DNA of 16,246 bases from a virus (taxonomy: Duplodnaviria > Heunggongvirae > Uroviricota > Caudoviricetes), in the IMG/VR virus record IMGVR_UViG_2698536348_000016; one strand, given 5' to 3'. This document shows, in pieces, positions 8,576 to 15,224 of the stretch. Under the pieces are notes generated by a model that was not told where the DNA came from, made no database searches, and worked only from the letters and a program-made list of their open reading frames with translations. The position numbers and the translations under genes were made by a program. Each line of letters starts with the position of its first letter. The first letter of the stretch is position 1.

Positions 8576-9763
8576 TTGCTCACCGATACAAAACTAAGAA
8601 AGTCTCTTGGCAAAAAACGAGACAAAATCGAAGTGCTTTCTGATGCACAAGGGCTGAATGTTCGGTTATCAACTTCCGGCAGTATAACATTTTTTTACCG
8701 CTACCGATGGAATGGCAAGGCTGCACAACTGGCGATCGGCAGTTATCCGTCCATTTCATTGGCTCAGGCCAGGGAGCGTCGCCAGCAGTTTAGAGACTGG
8801 CTCACTGAGGGACTGGATCCCCGTCGTCAGGTTATGCTGGAAAAGCAGAAAAAGTCTCAGGCTATGACCGTTAAAGAAGCATTTGATTACTGGGAGCAAC
8901 ATTATTGTATTCCCGAAGGTCTGAAAAAACTGAAGGTCAACAGGCGCGATTTTAATAACCACATTGCGCCCGTACTAGGAAATGTCATTGTCGAACAGAC
9001 AACAAAAGCTCACTGGCTGAGCCTGTTTGATTCGATGGGACGCCGTGTGGTCACTGGGCAGATGCTGGGCTTAATGCAACGAACTTTCAGGTTTTGTTCA
9101 AACAGGGGGGTGATAAGCATTAATCCGCTTGAAAGCCTGAGGCGTTCAGATGTGGGCATGGCTGCGGCAACCAGAGACAGGAAACTGAGCGATGAAGAGA
9201 TCAAGATTGTCTGGTCGGCTTTGTCTGATATGGGGGAAAGGCAGAAGCTGGTTGTTAAATTTCTTCTTATGACGGGGTGCAGAACCGCAGAGATTAGAAC
9301 AGCAAGATGGGAATGGTTCGATTTTAACGAGAATACATGGACTGTTCCTGCAAGCGAATATAAAACGGGTAAGACCGTCAGAAGAGCGTTGCCTCCGGCG
9401 ATCGTGAAACTGATGCAGGAAGTGAAGAAAACCTCCGTTTCTCAGCATGTTCTTACGCGGGCAAGATATAACGGCCCTGAAGATGATAAGCCACCGCAAC
9501 AACCTCATATCGCTTTGTTTTCTGCTCAGATCATCGCTAAAACGGGGATGAAAACATGGTCCCTTCATGACTTGAGAAGAACGGTGGCAACACGATTATC
9601 CGAGTTAGGTGCGCCACCACATGTGGTTGAAAAGTTATTAGGGCATCATATGTCCGGCGTAATGGCTCGTTATAATCTGCATGATTATCTCGAAGATCAA
9701 AGGCATTGGTTGCAGGTGTGGCAGAATTATCTTGAAGGGTTAGTTGATGCGCCATTAACCTGA
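8576..9763 (+). CDS. int: Tyrosine recombinase/integrase, P4/CP4-57-like with N-terminal arm-binding (DUF4102-type) domain
   Basis: ORF 8480..9763. N-terminal LTDTKLRKSLGKKRDK...GLNVRL...FFYRYRWNGK...SLAQARERR fits the arm-binding domain; catalytic motifs TGCRTAEIR, HDLRRT, LGHH...ARY. Start chosen at TTG 8576 (GAGGG RBS 7 nt upstream, N-terminus then aligns with LTD-type integrase starts); in-frame ATG at 8534 is the alternative. Confidence 0.88.
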   Translation: MLTDTKLRKSLGKKRDKIEVLSDAQGLNVRLSTSGSITFFYRYRWNGKAAQLAIGSYPSISLAQARERRQQFRDWLTEGLDPRRQVMLEKQKKSQAMTVKEAFDYWEQHYCIPEGLKKLKVNRRDFNNHIAPVLGNVIVEQTTKAHWLSLFDSMGRRVVTGQMLGLMQRTFRFCSNRGVISINPLESLRRSDVGMAAATRDRKLSDEEIKIVWSALSDMGERQKLVVKFLLMTGCRTAEIRTARWEWFDFNENTWTVPASEYKTGKTVRRALPPAIVKLMQEVKKTSVSQHVLTRARYNGPEDDKPPQQPHIALFSAQIIAKTGMKTWSLHDLRRTVATRLSELGAPPHVVEKLLGHHMSGVMARYNLHDYLEDQRHWLQVWQNYLEGLVDAPLT

Positions 9764-9969
9764 GCATTATTTCTTTCCCACTCCAGAATATCAGAAAGCC
9801 ACCAACGATTGGGGTTTCCCTTTATTGTTGGTTTAGGAAATGGTTTGCTGAGGGACTTTGGCTTTCTGTCTGGAGTACTCCAGAAATACAGAGTGCTTCG
9901 TGAAATTTTATATCGTTCCAGAATATCTTTGGTTAACAAGATTTCATTTGTTTTTGTAATGTCGTTCAT
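9727..9969 (-). CDS. AlpA/excisionase-like small DNA-binding protein
   Basis: 80-aa ORF with GGAG RBS 7 nt upstream; ...ILLTKDILERYKISRSTLYFW...FPKPTIKGNPNRWWLSDILEWERNN resembles AlpA/Xis-type winged-helix proteins; 3' end overlaps the integrase 3' end by 37 nt convergently. Confidence 0.65.
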   Translation of the reverse strand: MNDITKTNEILLTKDILERYKISRSTLYFWSTPDRKPKSLSKPFPKPTIKGNPNRWWLSDILEWERNNAQVNGASTNPSR

Positions 9970-10000
9970 TTTATTCTCCAGTTGAATTGTTTAATCATCG

Positions 10001-10021
10001 AAAAACCGCCCGAAGGCGGTT
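10001..10021 (-). terminator. Intrinsic terminator (minus strand) between the 83-aa ORF and the xis-like gene
   Basis: AACCGCC cgaa GGCGGTT hairpin; on the minus strand it is followed by TTTTT. Confidence 0.55.
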
Positions 10022-10022
10022 G

Positions 10023-10274
10023 TCAGTTGATTGATGTGCGGCGCATTTTGCGAAGGCTGGCAATATGCTTTTCCTTCTCAATTTCTGCTTTAATCATGTG
10101 TAGTTCGTTGTGATCGATTCGCTCAAATTCTGCATTAAATGCGCTAATTGAAGCGGCTCTGGTTCTCCCATCCAGCCTTCGGAAGATTACCTGCGTCAGA
10201 GTGATTTTGCAGACTTCAACCGGATAGTTGTTGGCATCGACGAAAGACTGCCCGCGCTGGATTAGAACGAACAC
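10023..10274 (-). CDS. Hypothetical prophage protein (83 aa, GTG start)
   Basis: ORF from track with AAGGA about 9 nt upstream of the GTG; basic C-terminus; lies in the slot between exo and xis where lambdoid phages carry small early genes. No recognisable motif. Confidence 0.4.
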   Translation of the reverse strand: MFVLIQRGQSFVDANNYPVEVCKITLTQVIFRRLDGRTRAASISAFNAEFERIDHNELHMIKAEIEKEKHIASLRKMRRTSIN

Positions 10275-10322
10275 CGGTAGTATTCCTTAATTGTCATATC
10301 ATTTGCACCTCGTTGCTACTGG

Positions 10323-11003
10323 CTATCGCCATTGCTCCCCAAATACAAAACCAATTTCAGCCAGTGCCTCGTCCATTTTTTCGATGAACTCCGGTACCAT
10401 TTCGTCAAAAACCTCCATGTATTTTTCATCCCGTTCGACCACGACATAATGCAGGCCTTCACGCTTCATACGCGGGTCATAGTTGGCAAAGTACCAGGCA
10501 TCTTTTCGCGTCACCCACATGCTGTACTGCACCTGGGCCATGTAAGCCGACTTTATGGCCTCGAAACCACCGAGCCGGAATTTCATGAAATCCCGGGAGG
10601 TAAACGGGCATTTCAGTTCAAGGCCGTTGCCGTCACTGCATAAACCATCGGGAGAGCAGGCGGTGCGCATACTTTCGTCGCGATAGATGATCGGGGATTC
10701 AGTAACATTCACGCCGGAAGTGAACTCAAAGAGGGCTCTGGCGTCGTTCTCGTACTGTTTTCCCCAGGCCAGCGCTTTAGCGTTAACTTCCGGAGCCACA
10801 CCGGTGCAAACCTCAGCCAGCAGGGTGTGGAAGTAGGACATTTTCATGTCAGGCCATTTCTTTCCTGAGCGGGGTTTTGCTATCACGTTGTGAACTTCTG
10901 AAGCGGTGATGACGCCGAGCCGTAATTTGTGCCACGCATCATCCCCCTGTTCGACAGCTCTCACGTCGATCCCTGTACGTTGCAGGATAATGTCCGGTGT
11001 CAT
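10323..11003 (-). CDS. exo: Lambda-type exonuclease (Red alpha, Exo)
   Basis: 226-aa [53 protein letters not shown]..., near-identical to lambda Exo as I recall it; start overlaps the bet stop. Confidence 0.96.
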   Translation of the reverse strand: MTPDIILQRTGIDVRAVEQGDDAWHKLRLGVITASEVHNVIAKPRSGKKWPDMKMSYFHTLLAEVCTGVAPEVNAKALAWGKQYENDARALFEFTSGVNVTESPIIYRDESMRTACSPDGLCSDGNGLELKCPFTSRDFMKFRLGGFEAIKSAYMAQVQYSMWVTRKDAWYFANYDPRMKREGLHYVVVERDEKYMEVFDEMVPEFIEKMDEALAEIGFVFGEQWR

Positions 11004-11785
11004 GCTGCTACCTTCTGCTCTGTGACTTTCTGTTTCAGGAATCCAAGAACCTTCACAGCTTCAGCCTGTGTTAGTTCTGAAGATGTGTAAATGTTGCGGC
11101 GAAAAATCTGGGAACAGAGCGGCAACAGGTCGTCATCCCACGTTTTTTCCATGGAAGTAAGAAGGGCGTTAATTTCCGACATGGTTTCTTCGTTAACCGG
11201 GGTGATGTCGCGTTCCGGCTGACGTTCTGTAGTATATGCAGTATTTTCGACAATACGCTCGGCTTCATCCTTGTCATAGATGCCAGCAAATCCGAAGGCC
11301 AGGCGAGCACACTGAATCATGGCTTTGTGCCGTAACATCCGTTTGGGATGCGACTGCCACGGTCCGGTGATTTCTCTGCCTTCGCGGGTTTTGAATGGTG
11401 CGCGGCGACATTCATCCATCCACTCGGTAACGCAGATCGGGTGATTGCGATCTTTGCGGTAAATCCGGCATGTACAGGACTCATTGTCCTGCTCAAAGTC
11501 CATGCCATCAAACTGCTGGTTTTCATTGATAATGCGGGACCAGCCATCAACGCCAACCACCGGAACGATGCCGTTCTGCTTGTCAGGGAAGGCGTAAATT
11601 TCTTTCGTCCAGGGATTAAGGCCGTACTGGTTGGCGACGATCAACAATGCGATAAATTGCGCATCGCTGGCATCACCTTTAAATGCCGTCTGGCGAAGAG
11701 TGGTGATTAGTTCCTGTGGGTCGACAGAATCCATGCCGACACGTTCAGCCAGCTTCCCTGCCAGCGTTGCGAGTGCTGTACTCAT
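11000..11785 (-). CDS. bet: Lambda-type single-strand annealing protein (Red beta, Bet)
   Basis: 261-aa [69 protein letters not shown]..., matches lambda Bet. Confidence 0.96.
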   Translation of the reverse strand: MSTALATLAGKLAERVGMDSVDPQELITTLRQTAFKGDASDAQFIALLIVANQYGLNPWTKEIYAFPDKQNGIVPVVGVDGWSRIINENQQFDGMDFEQDNESCTCRIYRKDRNHPICVTEWMDECRRAPFKTREGREITGPWQSHPKRMLRHKAMIQCARLAFGFAGIYDKDEAERIVENTAYTTERQPERDITPVNEETMSEINALLTSMEKTWDDDLLPLCSQIFRRNIYTSSELTQAEAVKVLGFLKQKVTEQKVAA

Positions 11786-11790
11786 CCGTT

Positions 11791-12087
11791 TTATACCTCT
11801 GAATCAATATTAATTTGGTGACGGGCGATGGTTTCAGCCATGTAGCGGATGTGTTCTGCCATGCGTTCCTGAAAATCGACATCGTCATCAAATGCACGGG
11901 AAATAGCTTTTTTGCTGGCCCCGTGACGTTGCAGATTATCGATGCATAGCGATTCAAACAGGTGTTGGGGCAGACCTTTTTCCAGGTCGTCTGCCAGCTC
12001 AGCTTCAGTTTCTTCACGGGCAATTTGCTGGTAGTGTCGTGCCCATGACTGCTCTTCAATGCGATCGGGGATAAGCCAGGCATTCAT
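11791..12087 (-). CDS. gam: Gam (RecBCD inhibitor), short GamS-length form
   Basis: 98-aa [29 protein letters not shown]...[20 protein letters not shown], matches the C-terminal 98 aa of lambda Gam; ATGA overlap with the upstream ORF. Confidence 0.9.
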   Translation of the reverse strand: MNAWLIPDRIEEQSWARHYQQIAREETEAELADDLEKGLPQHLFESLCIDNLQRHGASKKAISRAFDDDVDFQERMAEHIRYMAETIARHQINIDSEV

Positions 12088-12494
12088 GATTTATCACCTT
12101 CGAAATTTTCAAGCCTGTTGGCAATCATGATGGCGATATCAGGGATTGCTGGCGCTGTGGCTATACATGCGGGGTTGGCGCACAAACCATAGACGGCGGC
12201 AATCACGAGCTGTCTTTTCCAGTCGAGAGTTACTGGCTCAGAATTGGCGTCATCGCCGGACGTATCACTGCCTGGCTCGTTCTGAACAACGGTTTCGCCC
12301 TCCTGAGCGGCATCAACAGAGTTTTCCTGAATGATCTTCTCCTCAGTTTGTGCTGAGTCTTCTCCATCAGCGGCGTCATTTTCTCCAAAAGTTTCAGCGT
12401 AAGTTTCATCTCCCATTACTGGACCACAGTCAGGGCAATGGCCGCCACCGTTCTGACTGCATGTGGTGCAAACCTTTTCCACTTCCTGTTGCAT
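12084..12494 (-). CDS. Hypothetical zinc-ribbon / acidic protein in the kil position upstream of gam
   Basis: ORF 12084..12551 begins at GTG; first ATG at 12494 gives [25 protein letters not shown] (CxxC...CxxC), then a strongly acidic segment, then a hydrophobic/Cys-containing C-terminus. Translationally coupled to gam. Confidence 0.55.
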   Translation of the reverse strand: MQQEVEKVCTTCSQNGGGHCPDCGPVMGDETYAETFGENDAADGEDSAQTEEKIIQENSVDAAQEGETVVQNEPGSDTSGDDANSEPVTLDWKRQLVIAAVYGLCANPACIATAPAIPDIAIMIANRLENFEGDKS

Positions 12495-12623
12495 TACTGG
12501 CCCTGGAAGTGGGAGCGAGTCTGCGCCGCGCTGCGGGAGCTGAACAAGCACCGGGATATTGTTCGACAGATTGTCGATTCATCCGGTCGTATTGTGTCGG
12601 AAAAGTGATTGCCGGAGGCGCTT

Positions 12624-13019
12624 ATGGCGAAACCTTTTACACACGAACAGCGGGAAGAACTGAAGGCACGAATTATCGGATTGGTACGCAAAAATGAACG
12701 CATGACGATATCGCAACTGGAGAGAGCGACGGGAGCAGGCTGGCATTCAGTCAGACGTTGCCTTGTGGATGTACTGGCTTGTGGCGATTTATACATGTCC
12801 GGTAAATACGGTGTTTTTGCATCAGAACAGGTGTATCGCGTATGGCGTAAGACACCGGAGAAAACAACTGACCAGACATTGATTCGAAAGTTACCAGACG
12901 GAGAAATTCGCCGCTACGATAGACGCCTGAACATAATCTGTCGCGAGTGCCGGAATAGTGAAGTTATGCAGCGCGTGCTGGCTTTCTATCAGGGGAATTT
13001 TCAGGAGGCGGTACTGTGA
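12624..13019 (+). CDS. Hypothetical protein (131 aa), first gene of the opposite-strand cassette
   Basis: ATG at 12624 with GGAGG RBS 5 nt upstream; MAKPFTHEQREELKARIIGLVRKNERMTISQLERATGAGWHSVRRC...; possible helix-turn-helix-like segment; family unknown. Confidence 0.6.
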   Translation: MAKPFTHEQREELKARIIGLVRKNERMTISQLERATGAGWHSVRRCLVDVLACGDLYMSGKYGVFASEQVYRVWRKTPEKTTDQTLIRKLPDGEIRRYDRRLNIICRECRNSEVMQRVLAFYQGNFQEAVL

Positions 13020-13075
13020 GTAAATTAGCTATCAGGCTTCAATTGTCGCTGGCATTCGCATCAAAGGAGAATGAG

Positions 13076-13660
13076 ATGACCACTTTTACAAAAGAGCAGT
13101 TAATCAGTCATGTTAGTGAAAATGTAAAGGCGATGAAATTTGCAGTAAAACAGACAGCATTCAAAAATTCTCTCGAGGCAATTGAGTTGGATTTAGCACT
13201 GGCCCTTGTTGCTCAGGCTTCGCTGGAAGCAGAGCCCGTGCTTTATATGAATCGATTTACCGGAAAGACATTCTCACTGGAAGAGCAACCCGGTGCTGAT
13301 AAGGAACCGGAAATATACGTGCCGCTATATGCTGCCCCGCCAGACAGCGCCGCCATGCTTCAGGCTGGAAACTTTCGGGAAAAGAAGGGTTCGTCAACCA
13401 ATAATTTTCGGGAAATCTCGGAAACGTCAACCAACCATCCGGTAACTCTGGATGGTTGGATAAGCTGTAGTGAGCGAATGCCGGATGACGGTCAGCACGT
13501 AATTATTTTATGTGATGGCGCATTCGTTCTTTATGCGCAATATCGAGACGGTGAGTTTTTTGATGTAGTCCGTGATGGTGATGAATTTTTCGAAACACAG
13601 AGCCGCAATGTAACCGACTGGATGCCGCTACCAGAACCGCCGCAGGAGGTGCGCCAATGA
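13076..13660 (+). CDS. Hypothetical protein with C-terminal DUF551-like domain
   Basis: ATG at 13076 with AAGGAG RBS 7 nt upstream; C-terminus ...DGWISCSERMPDDGQHVIIL...VTDWMPLPEPP resembles the phage DUF551 motif; internal tandem repeat (NFRE...STN x2) at 13369..13434. Confidence 0.7.
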   Translation: MTTFTKEQLISHVSENVKAMKFAVKQTAFKNSLEAIELDLALALVAQASLEAEPVLYMNRFTGKTFSLEEQPGADKEPEIYVPLYAAPPDSAAMLQAGNFREKKGSSTNNFREISETSTNHPVTLDGWISCSERMPDDGQHVIILCDGAFVLYAQYRDGEFFDVVRDGDEFFETQSRNVTDWMPLPEPPQEVRQ

Positions 13661-13740
13661 ACTGGCCTGAAGCATTTGCAATTACAGGCGTTGCTATGGC
13701 TATCACCTTTTTAGTATATGTTATTTGTCGGTGGGGGTAA
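13657..13740 (+). CDS. Small hydrophobic peptide (27 aa), translationally coupled to the upstream gene
   Basis: ATGA overlap with the stop of the preceding gene; MNWPEAFAITGVAMAITFLVYVICRWG, single predicted TM segment; below the ORF-track length cutoff. Confidence 0.35.
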   Translation: MNWPEAFAITGVAMAITFLVYVICRWG

Positions 13741-13775
13741 AAACGTTCGCCGGGATTAACACCAAAGGAGGGAAT

Positions 13776-13880
13776 ATGTCGGATGATATATCACTGGCAA
13801 TGGAAGGTGCGCTGGCTGTTGTTGCTGTTGTGGGCGTTTACTGCCTGGTTGTGTTTTTGATGGATCGACTAGGGAACTGA
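13776..13880 (+). CDS. Small hydrophobic peptide (34 aa)
   Basis: AAGGAGGG RBS 4 to 5 nt upstream of ATG; MSDDISLAMEGALAVVAVVGVYCLVVFLMDRLGN, single predicted TM segment. Confidence 0.45.
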   Translation: MSDDISLAMEGALAVVAVVGVYCLVVFLMDRLGN

Positions 13881-13890
13881 ATTCATTACG

Positions 13891-13908
13891 ATATGGGAAT
13901 TCCCATAT
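13891..13908. repeat. Perfect 18-bp palindrome ATATGGGAATTCCCATAT
   Basis: Self-complementary 18-mer 11 nt downstream of the peptide stop and just upstream of the putative hok promoter. Confidence 0.6.
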
Positions 13909-13922
13909 CGGGTAAAAACGGT

Positions 13923-13950
13923 TTGCGGTAAAGCGAGAGTTAAGTAGAAT
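13923..13950 (+). promoter_or_regulatory. Putative hok mRNA promoter
   Basis: TTGCGG (-35), 16-nt spacer, TAGAAT (-10); predicted 5' end near 13957 (GGGTGCTTGAGG), which is complementary to the 3' segment 14331..14343. Confidence 0.35.
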
Positions 13951-13994
13951 TGCTGCGGGTGCTTGAGGCTGTCTGCCTCGGGCATGCCACCGTA

Positions 13995-14090
13995 AGGCAG
14001 ACAGAGAAAAGCCCCAGTTAACATTACGCGTCCTGCAAGACGCCTAACATTAATCTGAGGCCAATTTCATGCTAGACACATGTAGGTTAG
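13995..14090 (-). ncRNA. Expected Sok-like antisense RNA region (approximate)
   Basis: Inferred from hok/sok architecture: antisense to the leader and upstream in-frame start; minus strand has TTGCCT, 17 nt, TAACCT promoter-like hexamers near 14113..14085 and hairpin GCGTC ctgcaa GACGC (plus 14027..14042). Boundaries not resolved. Confidence 0.3.
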
Positions 14091-14125
14091 CCTCTTACGC
14101 GCCGAAAGGCAAGGAGAAGCAGGCT

Positions 14126-14281
14126 ATGAAGCAGCAAAAGGCGATGTTAGTCGCCCTGATCGTCATCTGTATTACCGTCGTAGTGACGGCACTGGTAACG
14201 AGGAAAGACCTCTGCGAGGTACGAATCCGAACCGGTCAGACGGAGGTTGCTGTCTTCACAGCTTACGAACCTGAGGAGTAA
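14126..14281 (+). CDS. hok: Hok/Gef-family type I toxin (51 aa)
   Basis: MKQQKAMLVALIVICITVVVTALVTRKDLCEVRIRTGQTEVAVFTAYEPEE, close to HokD/HokC (Gef) as I recall them; AAGGAG RBS 9 nt upstream; ORF track 14069..14281 includes an in-frame upstream ATG. Confidence 0.9.
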   Translation: MKQQKAMLVALIVICITVVVTALVTRKDLCEVRIRTGQTEVAVFTAYEPEE

Positions 14282-14349
14282 GAGACCAGGCGAGGGAGAA
14301 ATCCCTCGCCACCTCTGATGTGTCAGGCATCCTCAACGCACCCGCACTT

Positions 14350-14371
14350 AACCCGCTTCGGCGGGTTTTTT
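14350..14371 (+). terminator. Intrinsic terminator of the hok transcript
   Basis: AACCCGC ttcg GCGGGTT followed by a T6 run; the same 20-mer recurs at 15191..15210. Confidence 0.7.
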
Positions 14372-14490
14372 CACTTACTGTGGTTGTGAATACGATTGGT
14401 ATTAGGCTATGCTAACAACATTAGCCTGACTAATTTTGTATTGACTTGATTTTTGTTAAAGAACAGGACGGAGAAGTAAGGGTACACCCA

Positions 14491-14670
14491 ATGAGCTACG
14501 CACTAAAAAAACACCCGCGATTGACTATTCCCCCTCGCGATAAAAGCGTTGTGGCAGCTCCGCGCCCGGCTATCGATGAAAATTGCACTCATCGTGAGCA
14601 GGTGAAAAATGCTTTCGATTTCGGTTTTTCTCGTTACGAGAAGGCAATGGAAGAACTTTCAAAAGTGTAA
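14491..14670 (+). CDS. Small protein (59 aa), candidate antitoxin partner of the Doc-family toxin
   Basis: ATG at 14491 (ORF track starts at TTG 14446); MSYALKKHPRLTIPPRDKSVVAAPRPAIDENCTHREQVKNAFDFGFSRYEKAMEELSKV; stop 18 nt before the toxin ATG. Not Phd-like by eye, so the role is inferred from position only. Confidence 0.4.
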   Translation: MSYALKKHPRLTIPPRDKSVVAAPRPAIDENCTHREQVKNAFDFGFSRYEKAMEELSKV

Positions 14671-14688
14671 TGATGGGTATTGTGCTCT

Positions 14689-15174
14689 ATGGCTGAGATT
14701 GTTGAAGGAGTGCACTACCTTTCGTTTGATGATCTTACCGAAATTAATCGCCTTTTAATTGAGCTTCAAACACCAGATGAACCTGTTAGTGTGCTGAGTG
14801 TTGATAATTTAAGTTCTTCTCAGTCTCGTCCCAGCATGGTTCGATGGTATGAACAGACTAATGACATGTTTGTACTGGCATCAGTATTGATTGAAAGTCT
14901 GATTCAGAATCATCCATTTGCTAATGCAAACAAACGAACAGCTATGATGGCTGGTTATGTCTTCTTGTTGTTGAATGGCTATGAGTTAACAGCACCAGGC
15001 GATGAAATCGTGGAAATGGCAGAGGGACTGGCCTGCAAAACCTATACTCGAGAAGATCTCGAGAACTGGTTGTGTTATTGGTCTCGTGCGTATGACAGCC
15101 GGGAATTATGTAAAACAGGCGCAACTATTGTTTTGTATGAAACTATCAAGCTTAAAATAGAACAGCAAAACTAA
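14689..15174 (+). CDS. Doc-family (Fic-fold) toxin
   Basis: Contains HPFANANKRTAMMAGYVFLLLNGYEL, matching the Doc motif H-x-F-x-(D/N)-(A/G)-N-K-R and following helix (P1 Doc has HIFNDANKRTALNSALLFLRRNG as I recall). ATG 14689 chosen; TTG 14680 is the alternative. Confidence 0.8.
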   Translation: MAEIVEGVHYLSFDDLTEINRLLIELQTPDEPVSVLSVDNLSSSQSRPSMVRWYEQTNDMFVLASVLIESLIQNHPFANANKRTAMMAGYVFLLLNGYELTAPGDEIVEMAEGLACKTYTREDLENWLCYWSRAYDSRELCKTGATIVLYETIKLKIEQQN

Positions 15175-15188
15175 AGGTGCTTCTAATG

Positions 15189-15210
15189 AAAACCCGCTTC
15201 GGCGGGTTTT
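15189..15210. terminator. Bidirectional intrinsic terminator between convergent doc-like and higA-like genes
   Basis: AAAACCCGC ttcg GCGGGTTTT: perfect hairpin with an A-run upstream and T-run downstream. Confidence 0.7.
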
Positions 15211-15224
15211 GTTGTATTGGAGTA

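Noticed and set aside
11791-12210. Long GamL-type form of Gam (138 aa in lambda)
   Set aside because: The gam frame is closed upstream of the ATG at 12087; the region upstream encodes the zinc-ribbon protein in a different frame.
12350-12796. ORFs 12350..12697 (+), 12494..12796 (-) and an unlisted 56-aa plus-strand frame (12438..12608) in the divergent region
   Set aside because: They overlap each other and the better-supported genes 12084..12494 and 12624..13019 and lack RBS. I also could not identify a convincing promoter in 12495..12623, so transcription start sites here are unresolved.
13503-13706. 67-aa minus-strand ORF overlapping the DUF551-like gene and first mini-peptide
   Set aside because: Antisense to two plus-strand genes with good RBS and coupling; no signals of its own.
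14941-15124. 60-aa minus-strand ORF inside the Doc-family gene
   Set aside because: Shadow ORF.
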